Assembly (NCBI RefSeq): GCF_000315625.1
Contig: NW_005434655.1
Location: 816,541 to 880,540, forward strand
Reading direction: 5' to 3'
DNA: 64,000 nucleotides
Source: Guillardia theta CCMP2712
Taxonomy: Eukaryota > Protista > Cryptophyta
The notes beneath the pieces are model-generated. The model made no database searches and was not told the origin of the DNA. It was given only the letters and a program-made list of their open reading frames with translations. Within the stretch, counting starts at the first letter, position 1. Each line of letters starts with the position of its first letter. This document shows positions 50,403-63,714 of this stretch, in pieces. Position numbers and translations under genes: made by a program.

Positions 50403-51480
50403 TCAAGGCAGAGCATGCGAACTTGCACATGGCTCAGGTGTTACCGTCACTATGCCTGCTCCCTCCAGCACGCGGCTGATCCTCGCTAGCATCTTCTGCG
50501 GCGAGCACGGGTGACCCTCGTCCCCTCTATGACCGATGTTGGTGAAGGGATCAGGGTGGGGATGAGGGTATTTCTTGTATAAGCTCGTGAAGGGCAAATC
50601 GGATTTCCGTCCCTCCTCTCTCCGCCTCCTCTACCTAGCCTCCCTTCCGCTGCCGCTCCTCTTCACCCCTCTCTTTCCTCTCTTTCCCCACATCTATCCT
50701 CTGCCCTCTCTCTGCTTCTCTCGCGCTCCGCATTGCCATGGCATGTTCCGCACTACGACGTAAGCGAAACCACAATGTTTGTTTCTTAGATCCATTGCTC
50801 CATGTTCCATTACTCCCTGTATTCGTCTCCCTCTCTTTGTATAATCGATCTCTGGCCGCACAAGCAAGTCCATAAGCGCATGATATCGCATTTGGTACCT
50901 GACTCGCGCGCCTAGATTGAGTCCTTCTGCTATCTTTACTTCTTTTTCTGCGAACAACAACTGGAGATGATAGCGGTAGGCATAAGCATCAATGTCTTGA
51001 AGCTGTGCAGCCCCCATGTGTTCCTCATCTCTTTTGTTTGTGCGTATCCTCCCCTTCACCTGGACAAGAGCTGCTCTGTGGCTATGAGAGTCTGGGGTAC
51101 TTAGGAGGAAACATCAAGTCTTGAGCGTGTGCCTCGATTCTCTCATGCCTGAGCATGAGGGGCCGTTGGCGATGCTAACATCTGTGCTCTATCCCTCCTC
51201 AAAACATCTGTGCTCTATCCCTCCTCAAAACATCTGTGCTCTATCCCTCCTCAAAACATCTGTGCTCTATCCCTCCGCAAGTGTGACAGCTGCTGACTTG
51301 CCCAACAGCGCGATGGTCAAAGTCTCACCCGGAGCATGCTGGCAGATGACTGCAGGGTGACGAGCAAGGACGAAGACGAGGGCCGGAGACTCGGGAGGAG
51401 GGAGGGGCAGAGAGGAGCATGAGGTGGATCTTGCGGCCAGCCCTTGTGGGTCAGAACTCTTGTAGGTAGGAACTCTCATC
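50403..51480 (-). CDS. Hypothetical multi-exon protein
   Basis: Protein-like ORF segments 50694-51059 and 50403-50597 with splice-like boundaries. No family recognised. Confidence 0.4.
51177..51280. repeat. 26-bp tandem repeat x4 (AACATCTGTGCTCTATCCCTCCTCAA)
   Basis: Contiguous copies at 51177, 51203, 51229 and 51255, with no spacers. Confidence 0.95.
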
Positions 51481-52136
51481 CGTGTTACCTGAAGAGGGCA
51501 GTTTAAATGTGCAACCTGGCATGTGTCAGTAGTGTCACAGTATCAGTGATGTTGTCTGTAAAGTAGCGAATCTTTCAGTCCACTACACTAGGCTTCAAAG
51601 CTTCGCACTCGAGTCGCTCCTGGAGTAGTCCACACAAGTTGACCTTGCCTAGAAGCCACGAGGCAGAGGCGCAAGCCTCCTCGACTCTCCTGATTGTTTT
51701 GAGGCGGCAGTGACCGGGGGTCTGGCGGCTCTCATGCACGTGCAGTGCCGCGCCACCGGCCGGGCGGCCCGGTGACAGTGCCACTCGTCCGGCGCCGGCC
51801 GTCGGGCCCGGTCCCGGCCCGGCAGGCCCGGCAGGCCGTCACTGGCTTACGATAACTACCCCCTGTTTTACTGATGAAAGTACCCCTCATTCATAGTGCT
51901 TCGACTTTTCCTTCGAAACGTCATGACTCTTGCTTTCAAACGCCAGCCCCCACCCCACCCACCCATAAGTCCATTTCTAAAAAGTAACCCGTACTTTTCC
52001 TTGAATTGATTATTCGAGGACCCGGGTACTATTGACCGCCATCGTACCACTACCCCTGACTCCATATAGTACACAAGCGATCTGGACTTATCTTCCCTTC
52101 CCCCGCCGCCCCTGTCGCACTTCACTCTGTTGACTG

Positions 52137-52181
52137 GACTTGTTGTAGACTTGTTGTAGACTTGTTGTAGACTTGTTGTAG
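52137..52181. repeat. 11-bp tandem repeat x4 (GACTTGTTGTA)
   Basis: Read directly; 100 bp upstream of the ATG at 52281. Confidence 0.95.
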
Positions 52182-52280
52182 TGTCTTGTCTTGTTTTCTT
52201 GTCTTGTTCTCTAGTTTGGTTTTCTCAGAGTTTACACCGCTCCGTGTTTCATCGTTCATCTCACAACCTTCGACATAAAA

Positions 52281-52658
52281 ATGTTCTCGAGGCAATCCGT
52301 CTACACTGCGATTTTGGTACTCCTCTGCGCGTCGTCAGCAGCATGCTATCAGTCCTGCAACGGCAACTGCTCAACTTTCCAATCTACAAGCATCGTGAAA
52401 CCGGCTGTTCTCCCACCAGCGCTGACGGACTTCGAGCGATCATTCATGAGTCAGATGCTTCAAGGTTTCGAGGCCAAGGAGGTTCACACCAAGCCTGCAG
52501 CCTTTCCCTCCAAGATACCCTCCGAGTCCGGCTCCTTCAGCGTCCCTCACCTGGTGCAGCCAGCAGGCGTGGTCGGGGACTCGTCTTCCAGAATCATCAC
52601 GAGCGGCTCTCTCGGGAACCATCACAGCTTTCTCGATGAACATGTCGGGCTCTTCTGA
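52281..52658 (+). CDS. Small intronless secreted protein (125 aa)
   Basis: Signal peptide MFSRQSVYTAILVLLCASSAA. GC3-rich codons and an AT-rich 3' flank. Confidence 0.7.
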   Translation: MFSRQSVYTAILVLLCASSAACYQSCNGNCSTFQSTSIVKPAVLPPALTDFERSFMSQMLQGFEAKEVHTKPAAFPSKIPSESGSFSVPHLVQPAGVVGDSSSRIITSGSLGNHHSFLDEHVGLF

Positions 52659-52952
52659 GCAGGGGATATTCTCTTCAAATCTATTCCGACATGGTTGTAC
52701 ATTTCATTCTTATTCTTTAAGTGCTCTTGTCAGTCTGCATGACTGGCAATATTGAGTTATCAATGAATTTTTTCTGTGGAAGATTTCACTTGTCTGCTCT
52801 GTTTTCCACTGTGGCGTAATCTGATCAACGCAAAGGATCTCGTCGCGGTCGGTTCAGAGTGTGACATTGATTCCCGTGATCGTTTGATCGAGAATACTAC
52901 AAATTATAGCAATATTTACAATAATCTACATATCGAACCAACATGAAACAAG

Positions 52953-55900
52953 TCAGACAGTGTTGGTGTATACAGGGATGTATCTTGCTTGGGCTCCCTT
53001 GTCGAGAAGAAACTCATACGCCTCTCTTGCCTTAGCAGGCCATCGTTGATAATCCTTCCCTGCATGTCACGTCAAGCCAAGACCATGTCGGGTTCTCTTT
53101 CACCGTTCTTGATGTTTCCTGCCAGCTCAAGCCAAGCTAGCGGCGTGCTGCCAGACGAGTCCTGTACGTTGACGTCCAGCCCCTCATCGAGGAGGTACTT
53201 CATCACCTGCACCCTCTTCATCTGATGTGCAGACGACGCAGACAACTTGCCTGCAGGTGGCAGTTGAGAGCAGCGAAATGCAGAGCGGTTGCCCCCCTGC
53301 TGTCACGGGCGTTGACCTCACATCCCTCTTCGATCAACCTCTTCAGCCAGCTCAAGACTCCTTCGCTCGCAGCCTCGTGCGTCTCCAGCTCATGCTGAGG
53401 CTCAGCGATAGATTCGACCAGCACAGGGTGAAATGGAGGAGCGAAGTCAATGCAGTCCGTCAGGCCCTTGGGCTCGGACTTCTTCCTCCTCGCATCCTTC
53501 TCAGTGGCCACGTGTCTGTGCCATATCAGCAGCACCTGACAGCACACGTCACCTGACAGCACACGTCACAGCCCCCAAGACATGTACCGGCCGCAAGATC
53601 CAACGAGCCTGAATGCCGAAGGAAAGCTCCAGTAGAGTGTTAGTGGCCAAGTTGGCGACCTGTAAGGAGTCAAGGAGGTTCAGTTGGATTCATTGCAGCA
53701 CCTCGATCTCAGGGACATGTAGCATGTGTATGATGAAAGGAATCATGCCGTTCCTTATGAAAGCACTCTTGTTCCGGTCGATGAGCACCAGGTTGTAAGT
53801 CGCGTGCACGCTCTTGATGAAACTGACAGCATGTCCTCGCCATGGCTCTGCATGTTTACAGCAATCCACTACAAGAGTGAGCTCCTGAAGGTCCTGGTCC
53901 TTGACTCTCATCACGCTGTTGTCTCTTTGATCCGGCCCTCCTATCAGCAGTGCCAGGCACATCATTGTCAACGTCCGCTCGGTGTTGTCTGGATCGCCCA
54001 GCAAGCCTTGAAGAATCTTATCCACTCTCAAGCCCAGCAGGTACTGAACTGCCTGCAGCTGCTGAGGCGTTCGGATCAATCTGGAACTTGATGACCCAGC
54101 TTCTTCTGGAGACACCGCCTGTGATTTAGTCTTCTGCTCTTTGATCAGAGCAAACTGATCGAACTTGCTCATGCCTTCTGCGAACAGCTGCTCACCGAAC
54201 AAGTCAGAGCGTGATTGAATTGTTGAGATCAAGTCGTCAAGATGCAGTTGCAGCAAGCAACATCTCTCTGAAGCTTTCAGACTTCGAGGCAAGAAGCTTT
54301 CATCGGCTAGGGCTTCAACGCACAGGACATCTCCCTCTGCGAATGTTTGTCGGTCGACATCCTCGATCAAAGTGCCTTCCAATATCATGAAAATACTTTG
54401 AGAGTACTCATCTGAAGTGAGCAAGACCTGTCCTGCTTCTACAAAGACCATCCTGCTGCTATCTTGCACGAGGGTTCTGATTTGTTCGCTTGAAAACAAG
54501 CTAAAGAAGGTTTTCTCCCCCAGAGCATATTCCATTGCCCTGCTCCGCAAGTCCTGCACCTGACCATCGTCATCCTTTAAATCGACCTCCACCTCAGGCT
54601 GGAATACAATCTCATCTCCCTCCAAGACTTCATCTGCCGATGCCTCTCCTTCGATCTCCTCGTCGTCGAACGACTTGTACCTGCCTGCCACAAACCCTGC
54701 CACATTGACAAGCATTCCTAGGATGTGAAATCTCAACTTCGGATCTGATTCCCGGGCGAGAGAGCTGACAAGCAGTTTGATCGCGCCATTGTTGTACAGC
54801 AGAGGCTGAAGGCTGGAGTACAGGGAGATGTTTCTGAGGACAACCCAAGCACATGTGGTATCCTCAGCATCGCCTGCCTGCATGATGATGGTCATCATCC
54901 TCGGAATGGTGACCTCGGCGAGGGTTGAGTCCACGGCTCCACAGGCCGTCAGATTCCGCATGGCAGCGAGCAGCGAAGCCCCAGCCTCACTCTTTCCTCG
55001 CCGGACAAGCTTCCCCATGGCCACCAGGATGCCCGAGGCTTTCAGCAGGGGCCCGTTGGCCTTGACGTACGCGAGGTTGCTCAAGACTCTGACTGTGGGG
55101 GTCAAGATTTCCATCCCGTCGCTCTCCAGGGCCCGCATCAGGAGCTTCAGCACGCCTGCCTGGATGAGAGTTGTCTCTGTCTTGCCCCCTGTGCGCGACA
55201 CGTTCACCAGGAACCGCATGATGACGAGGTTGGTGTCCATGGTAGCGGACGAGTTCAGGTCGTACTCCTCCATCAGCGCCTGCGCAGTTCCTAGCTGGAC
55301 TATCCGTGGGCGATTGCTAACCTCACAGCTCAGGTGCAGGAAACATTCTAAGATCATCTGCTGCTGGCTCAAAACTTCGTTCTCCACAAGCGTGAGGTAT
55401 TGGTTCCTGTTCGCAAGCTTCAAGGCAAAGATCATCTTCTTTGCTGTCCGGCAGTACTTGAGATGCTCCACCAACATCAGCACAAACTTGCCCGACCTGT
55501 GCTCAACAATCATCCTGCAGAACATCTCGCTCTGAGCGAGAGAGTGCAGTATGACCATCGCAACGATCGCCAGAGAGCCGAAGTTTGACTTTGCTTGCAG
55601 CCATTCCTTAGCCTGCACATGCTCCATCTGGTCGAGATCCTTCTTTTCCTGATAGTCCAGCTTTCCTGCTCTCCGCCTCCCCCAGAGCTCATCGATGACC
55701 TTCTGCTGCTCCGCCAGGTTCTTCTCCTGCAGGGGGTCCATGCGCTGACTGACAAGGATCTCATGGAGCAGGTCGAGAACTTTCGCGTCCTGCAGGGCCT
55801 TGTGCTTTGAGACATCCTTGGAGAACTCGAAGAGGTCGAGGAGAGACAGCAGCTGGATCTCAGGCTTCTTCTCTTTCGTCCACGAGTTGCGTATCAGGAC

Positions 55901-56287
55901 GAACTTCTCAGAAATCGCCTCCTCCTCAGACACCGGAGGCTCCGGTTTGCTCAAGTCGCATATCGCCTCGACAATCAGGTCGCGGTGCTGAGGATTCTTT
56001 ATCCCTATTCGCTTCATCAAATCCGTCAATGTCTTTCTCTGTTTCCCGAAGAGCACCAGCCCACTCAGCTTCTCCTTCAAGAAGAGCTCTTTGTATCCTC
56101 CTTCGGTGACTGACAAGTCCACCTGCCTTCCAAGGGAGCCGTAGTTGGCCCACTTGTGGTTGGTTCCCTTCAGCATGTCCAGGAACACGAGCAGCTGCTC
56201 TGTGCTCCAGGTAGAAGGAGCAATCTTGCCCAGTGGGCAACATTTCTCAAGTGCCTTGGGCATCAGGCACAACGGACACATCCGCAT
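52953..56287 (-). CDS. Multidomain protein: SAM - armadillo repeats - cNMP-binding domain - ARM - ankyrin repeats
   Basis: SAM: WSTEQLLVFL...YKELFLKEKLSGLVL...IGIKNPQHRDLI. ARM: LIQAGVLKLLM, LYNNGAIKLLV. cNMP: FSLFSSEQIRTL...IFMILEG...FAEGDVLCVEAL. ANK: VNARDSRGATALHFAA, VNVQDSSGSTPL. The start may lie further upstream. Confidence 0.8.
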
Positions 56288-58264
56288 GGTGGGGGAGGCA
56301 GGAGGAGCAGGCTAAGTGAGCATGATGGAAGCTACTTCTTCGACATGCTCGTCCAACCTGCTCGTCTCGTCGCCCTCCTCCCTCCCCACCGCTCCTTCCG
56401 CAGTCTCATGTTCTTCCCTCAATTCTCGTCGGGGAGTTCCTTCTCCAGGTAAAGTCTTTACTTCGAAAATTAAACTTGAATTTTGAAATTAGAGAACTAA
56501 TTTTGAGGCTAATGTTGAATCCTTGGCCCTGATCCTACCAGTTGAGTGTGCTAACAAGTGCGTTGGACCCAGACAAGAAGTAGCCCAGCACGTGTGTCAA
56601 TGCTATGAATTCAGACAAGAATTGAAAAGAGGGATACCAACATCTCTTTGTTCTGCTAAGACAACACTTGGAAGGTACGATCGATCATTTTTCACTAAAG
56701 AACCAAAGTCTCGTCGTTCTCTCAAGGAAGAGAAGCTTTTGAACACGAGTGAAATAAGTGCTGCAAGGTGAGGACAATAGCGTGAGGATACACTTCCTAC
56801 CGTCAGAAGGGACAAGCAAGGAATATCAGGTGATCCCGGCGGCAGTTCGAGTGAACTAGAAGGGGAAATACAAAGTTTTGAACGAACATCTGTAGAGCAG
56901 GTTGGTGGAATGGATCCTTTACAGGTGCTACATTGATAGATAGAAACATCTGATAACTCTGATAACTATATCCTTACCATGCAATGTTGCAACGTCTCGT
57001 CGCAGATGATCGAGAATAGGACCTCAATCAGAACAAGACAAGGAAAGGATGAGAGGTGTTGGGTCAGGAGATGAGCGGAAGGGAATAAAGAGAACAAAAA
57101 GAGAGAGAAAGAAGTACGGACTTCAACAACGAGATGTCGTGAGCGCATCCGGGGGAAATTCCCTGCACTCCTTCATGTTTTACAGGTGCTGCAACTTGAG
57201 AAGGTGCCAACTCGGAAACAACGAAAGGCTGCGATCTGGAATCAGGAATAGCGGTAGAGGCAGGAGCAGCAGGAGCGGCAGGAGCAGAAGGAGCGGCAGG
57301 AGCGGCAGCAAGAACACTAAAGCAGAGCTATTAGGAGTAAAAGGAGGAGGAGGAGGAGGAGGAGGAGCAGGAGCGAGGAGCAGGAGCAGGAGCATCAGGG
57401 GGAGCAGGGGGAGCAGGGGGAGCAGGGGGAGCAGGAGGAGCAGGAGGAGCAGGAGGAATAGTTCAGGATCTGCACCGTCTTGTCCGACCGTATCCGGCGT
57501 ATGCGGACTTATGTCAGCACAAAATAAAATGATTGTATATTGTTCAGGGGTGGGTAGGGTGAGAGCGAATTGAGAGGGGTGATAAACAGAGAAAAGGAGG
57601 GGTGAACAAAGAAGGGGTGGTGTGGAAATTCCTTTTGACCCCTCCTACTCTCTATTTAGAATTATGCTTATAATCACCCGGTCCGTCCTCAGGAAATTTG
57701 TTCGCAAAGGGTGGGTCCGAATAGAGGCTATCTAAAACTAGTTATATAGCTGTACCTGTTGTCTGAATGGCCGACTACAGTACATGGGAGGGGTTCTCGA
57801 AAATAATTGAATTTTAATTCCGTTGAGGGGGGGGTACTGTAGGTAGGGGAAGGGGGTAGTTGACAGAGGTGGATCCAGGGGTAGGTAGTTTTCCGTTGGG
57901 GTCGTTAGAGGGGTGCTAATTAGTGAGAGGGGTAGGGTGGATTGATGATGGATTCAGGGGGTCTTTGAAAAATGGTTGTTGGAAATCAATTGGAAAGGGG
58001 GTAGTAAATGAGAGAATGCCAGGGGTTATCATTGATTTCAGATAATTATTGGGGGTAGGGGTACTGAATGACCACGAGTTCAAAATAAGCTTTCAATGTT
58101 GGGTGGGTTCCTTTGGAAGTGGGGTGAAAGCCTCTAATTGGGTGGGTGGGGACAATTGTTTTGAGGGGGTAGGGGTATCGGAAGAATGGTTTCAGGGGGT
58201 GGGGATCATCTTGGGGGGCGGTCATGCAAGCCTGGGCGATGAGAGAAAGTGGCAGCCGCAGGTT

Positions 58265-61200
58265 ATGAGAGGAGCGGAGGAGGAAGAGGAGGAGCGATCG
58301 ATCAAGACTACTGGTACGAAGGTGCTGCTAACATGCTGTTACAAGAATCAACCTCCAACTTCTCTTCTGTCGCGCTGCTTCCTTGACTATTCATTCTGGA
58401 ATGCTATGTCTCAGTTTGTTCGTTTTCTTGTAGATCAGAATGTGATGCCATGAATGTTGTTTGGAATGGCCGCAGTGTGGTTGATATGACATATCTGAGG
58501 AGAGTATGATGGTGTTGAGAGCGCCATGTCCTTGCTATTGGTGCAAGAAGGGTGCATCTCTCTTATTTGAAATAGAAAGCGTTGCAAACTTTTATTTTGA
58601 TAATACAAGTTTACTCTCTCTTGATCTACCAATGTTTTAGTTTTTGTGCATGCAAATTTAGTTGACGATATGCTATTTCGTTGAATAATGCATTGATTTG
58701 CAGGTACAACTTTAAGCAAATAGAGGCCAAGGCCCGATAGTCTCTGCAACGCAGACGTCACAGAGAGCGTTGCCACAACTTTATCTAAATTAGAATGATA
58801 CGACGTCTTCGCAAAGGGGCGAAAATATCGGGAAAGCGCTATGCGATCACAGCAACGGTGACATTGATGAATGCTTTCAACCGAAGTTGAATGTTGTTCA
58901 GATCCATAGTCTTCGCTTCTCTGAATCGATTCCTTGGCACTCGTCCAAGGTGACTTCAATCAGCCGACCAGAGGAAGATCCTTAGCCTCATCTTGTGCAG
59001 GTTTGGTATCATGAGAATGCTCGAGAGTGTGCGGAGCTAGACTCCAACTTTCAGGAAGTTGCAATCTTGTGGAAGCGCAAGGTTTGTACCTATCATAAGA
59101 AATCTCTATCTGCTTTATTCCTTCTCATCCCTTTGTCCAGTCTGGCAAGGAAGTCATGTCGTCATGGAAACCATGTTATGATGTACATCTCATGGTTGAG
59201 GAAGTCTGGCAGGTGCTGACGTCATGGGCTCAGGTGGCCAACGAAAAACCCACCCAGCACAAGCTTATCTGTTGGGACGAGGACATTTCTCTTGCCCTCA
59301 TGCTTTACCCGGTAGACTTGAAGCGCATGGTCAGTCTCTCTTCGTGAGTTTGCGGCCTGCCTCACCTGAGTTGATGCAGCTGGAGAAGTCGACAACCTTC
59401 ACCCTGATGGGGCGCGCTTTTCTCAGCTCCAATAGCAAAGCGATAGCGAGTGCAAAGGTGCTGTCTCCCTCCTCCCTCCCTCCTCCCTCCCTCCTCCCTC
59501 CCTCCTCCTCCCTGCTCCCTCTCCCTCTCCGTCGTGTGCTTATCTTGGCTCTCGCAGGTTGACGTGGCGAAGCTCGTGAACGAGGCATGCTACGAGCTCT
59601 ATCCCTGAAGTTGTTTCTGACGAGAGTTTAAAGCATGATGGCTGTGCGACCATGGAGTTAGAGCTTCAGGTCACATCCTGTCGCTCTTGTTGGGATCATC
59701 GCTGAAAGCCTTGCAGATTGAGCACAAGCCCCTGGGCAGATTGATGCTAACGCTCTTGGCGAAACCTCTCCTAGAAGACAACCTGGTGTCCCCGGAAAGA
59801 CCGTTTCAACGATGTGTATCAAGTCCAGGTAAAGAGAACTTGGCGGACTGGATGTAAAAGGAGCCGAATCTGCTTGTCTTCTTGTCTGCTTCCCTAACTT
59901 TCTGCTTTCTTGCGTCTTGTATGCGTTGTGACGCTGAATCTGATTCCATCCTGCCTTAGATCACACTTCGACGATCCAAACAGATCCCATCGAGGACAGT
60001 GTGCACAGTGTTGTAAGTGAGACGAGTGAGAGTGCGGAAGAGAAGAGGTGAAGGCGATCTTGACGTGACTCATGCCGAACGGGAATGACGCTCGTCATGT
60101 TCAGTCCGGAGATCCCCAGCATGAGTGTTGCTCGGCGACCGCGGAAGACGGCGAGCTTTCCTCTCCGCATGCATGTGAGCAATGGGCGGAGAAGTTCCGA
60201 CAGTCTCACTGTGCGCAGGCGCACGAGACTCTGGCCACGTGCGAGGACAAGGAGGAGGACATCAGGTGGGCGACTGGATGACTGTCACCTGGACGGTTGT
60301 GATGTTTCCAACAGGCCCTCGTCAGGATTCCTCTCTGCCCTGGTGATTCCTTTCCCCCCTCCTTCTCCGTCTCTGACCTTGCTTCCTCCATGTGCTGCAG
60401 TCAAAGACGATCCCAAGGTTCTGCGTTCCTTCCTCCTTCCCCCCTTGCTGCGTTGTGATGTGTTGCCGTCAGTTTCCAGTCCTTCCGTGCGATCATGGGC
60501 AACCCCTCAGGTCAGAGTCGTGGACCTTGTGATGGGACGTTCTCCTGACATGAGGCTGTTGTGCAGATGTCGTCGACACGACGGTGATGCATCGGCTGAA
60601 GTGCCTTGCGCGACTTGATGGAATGCGCAGCAGTCAGCAGATGCTAGAGGTAGAGAGAACGTCAAGCCCAACAACATCCCCGACAAGGAGGCAGAGGATG
60701 CGGGCAAGCCCGGACTCGAGGAGCAACTGGTGAGAAGCCCCGAGCTGAAGGCGCTGCTGAGCTCCAGCCACCCGGAAGTCTGCATTGAGGTGAGGAGGTG
60801 GAGGAGGTGGAGGTGGAGGTTGACAGGCATACAATCAAGGTCTTAAAGCTAAGGAAAGAGGTGGAGGAGCTGAAGGAGAAAGCTCAACACCAGGAGAACG
60901 AGATTGAAAGACTCAAGGTGTGTTCTGCTGCTCTTCAACTCCCCCCCCCCCACCCTGTTTCCCCTCCTCCCCTCGTGCCTCCTCCCTTGTGACTCGATGT
61001 TGCAGGAGAAGAATCAAGTGAAACCGCAAGTGTCGGACTGGAGGTGAAACGTCTCCGAATGTCAGTCCTGCAAGTCAATCTGACGCTCCTTACAGCTTCG
61101 CTCAAAAGGACAAAGCCAAGGCAATTCAACTCTCCCCTCTGTCCTCCTACCTGCCTCTCCCTCTCCTCCTTTTCCTGACACCTTCACTCTCTCCTTCTTG

Positions 61201-61520
61201 TTCTAACTTCCTTGTACTTGGGGATGAGTTCTTATTTCGCTTTCTCAGATCCTTGCGGAGGAGGCAGAAAGACTAACACTGGCCTACGTGCCTATGCTAA
61301 GGTTATCCCTTCCCTCCCCCTTCTCGTTTCGCTCGCTCACTCGTTCCCCTCTCTCCTCCTCCCTTCTCTTTCCCTCTGCATTCTTGATCCTCACGTTCTC
61401 ATCGTCAGGGAACTCTCGCAAGAAGTCGAAGAACTCAAGAAGGAGGTTCAAATCTCTCGCAGAAGTGCCGACTGGGTGCGAGTTGTGATCATGCATGATA
61501 ATGTTTTCATGATGACTTGA
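58265..61520 (+). CDS. NT-C2 (EEIG1/EHBP1-type)-like domain + C-terminal coiled-coil protein; many small exons
   Basis: VAILWKRK|SGKE...ICWDEDISLALMLY...LEKSTTFTL...KAIASAK|VDVAKLVN...LMLTL. Later exons are coiled coil (KLRKEVEELKEK). Confidence 0.55.
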
Positions 61521-61857
61521 TTGTGGTTTGAATGTCTGTTGATCACGTTGTCGATGATGTTGGAAGATGGGTTGCTACTGCTGCTGCTGCTGTTGATGTT
61601 CGTTGAAGACGGAGCTAGTAGATTTTCAGGATGGTGGTGATGGAGATGACCCATGTCTGTTTATGTTGCGATCGCGAATCTTTATAAGAGTATGTGTTAC
61701 AAATTCCTTCCGATCCCTTCAGTCAAGGTAACAAGTCGTGGAGCAGGCAAGGCCAAAGTCCACATCATTCTTCAAGCGGAGCCAGGGCGAAAGAAGTTTA
61801 TGAAGGTGGATGGCCTCCATCATTAACGTCTCAAGGTGGCCATGTCGGTCATGTGAG

Positions 61858-63714
61858 ACGTGTGTATCATCAGCTTGTGTAGTCTCTTGCATGTATCCAT
61901 ATTCTCTCGCGTCTTCACTCTCTGCAGCACGGCATGTTATCTTCTTTGATAAACTGTCATCAGTCACCTCGGACTTGAGCTGATGCTGCAGACCTGACAT
62001 CTTTCTCTTCATCTCCTCCACCTGCTCATCCCTTCTCACTCTCCAACATGACCATCCAATCCGCTACCGTCACGGTCTCCTTCTCTCCGCCTTCCTCTCG
62101 TGGTCCTCCCTCATGCTGTGGCATGTGTCAGCCCCACCACAGCATGGAGCACGTCGCCTCACCCTAACAAACACTTCGACCTCGTGCTCGAGTTTCTCCA
62201 GCCTCTCGTCGATGCTCATGCTCCTCTGCTCACTCGTCATCTCATAGCTCCCGTCCTCCTCCTCCTCTTCCTCCCTCACCTCTTCAATCTCCTGAATCAT
62301 CATCGTCACGCTCCTGGGTACCGCCACCTGATGTCTGGGTCACTTGACAGCAGGAGAGCAAGGAGGAGGAGATAGTGAGACGCTTCTGTGTGCTGATGGG
62401 ACGAGAGAAGGAGAAAGCCAGAGGTGGTGGAGGAGAACGAGCACCAGCCAGCAAGACTCGACGATGTTGGTGCTAGTGGAGGAAGGGGTGGTGAAGGACA
62501 AAGGAGGGTTGATGGATAAGGGGGTTTGAAGGGGCTCCACCTGCTTCCTTTGCCTTAGGACACTGACGACATTGGAGCAGGCGGAGGAGCTCCGGAGCAG
62601 AACATCCTCGATCCCTTCCCACGTCCACGACATGGTGTCCTCCACATGCCCCTCCCCCTCCTGAGCCTCCTGGTAGTGCTGAGACCCTCCCACAGCATCT
62701 GCCACCAGCCTGTTCATCTCCTCTACGTTCCTCTGGAGTATGCTCAGGGAGGATCGGATCCAGAAGGGGGGCAGCGCGTCTCCCTGCTCCTGCGCCTTCA
62801 CCTCGCTCGCTCCCTCCCTCAGGGCAGCCACCCGCTGGTTCACGAGCCTCTCCTGCTCCTGCAGCAGCTTCTGCTCGCGTTCCCACCTGAGCACCTGGCA
62901 AGTCTCCCGATGCCTCCTGCTCTCCTCCTCCAGGGCGAGCTCGAGCTCTCTCACCCGCCCCTGCAGACACACATCAGAACGAGGAGGAGGATCGTTGCGG
63001 AGGACAACCGTCTCCTTCCCCTGCTTCGCCTCCATGTCCAGCACGAGCCTCGAGAGCGAGAGGACCTGCTCCTCCAGCTCTGACCGCCTCATCCCCTCAC
63101 ACTCCACCGCCGCCTCCGACTTCCTCAACTTCTCCTGTCACTCCTCGGTCATGTGAGGCCAACAGAGGTTTCCGCCTTACCATGAGCATCGTCACCTGCT
63201 GCTGCAGCAGACTGCTAGGACCCTCGTCCAACGCCTTCGTCGGCAGACTGTCTGTCGATACGCTGCTGTCTTGAAGTCTGATATGAGCTTTCGGCTTCAC
63301 AGGCATTTCTTCTTTCACTCCCTGCTCCTCCTGTTTCAGGTTTGCTTTTGGTTGTTCGATCCCCTCCGCGCTCCCTCCCCCCCAAGACGACTTTTGAAGA
63401 TCATCCCCGAGGACTTTCGCGGCCCCTTCCTTGGCGTTGATCGACTTCCTTGTGAGCTCCCTCATGCAAGAGGTCGAGGAAGTGGCCGAGACACTCGACG
63501 AGTCAAGATTCTTCTGCCGCATGATGGCGTCGAACGTGTTGGACAAGAGCTTGTCCATAATCAGGTGCCCTGCCTCATCACCATGCCGAAGAATTTCCTC
63601 GGACTTACACTGACGCACGTAGTTCCCTCGATGCTGCGGGTTCATGGTTCCAGAAAAGGAGCTCGAGCAAGACAAGTAGGACAAGAGCAGCATGACCATA
63701 AAGCCATGCTTCAT
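61858..63714 (-). CDS. Coiled-coil hypothetical protein with a possible signal peptide
   Basis: ORFs 63097-63828, 62340-63128, 62070-62327 and 61719-62039 are Glu/Arg-rich helical segments linkable by short introns. Leader MKHGFMVMLLLSYLSCSSSF. Confidence 0.55.

Noticed and set aside
51177-51280. 26-bp direct repeats as a possible CRISPR array
   Set aside because: The copies are contiguous with no spacers, there are no cas genes, and the context is eukaryotic.
56460-57240. AT-rich stretch as a possible transposon fragment
   Set aside because: I recognised no motif in the frames I translated, and there are multiple stops.
57540-58220. GGGT-rich block as an interstitial telomere
   Set aside because: There is no fixed-period tandem unit; the words are dispersed in non-repetitive sequence.
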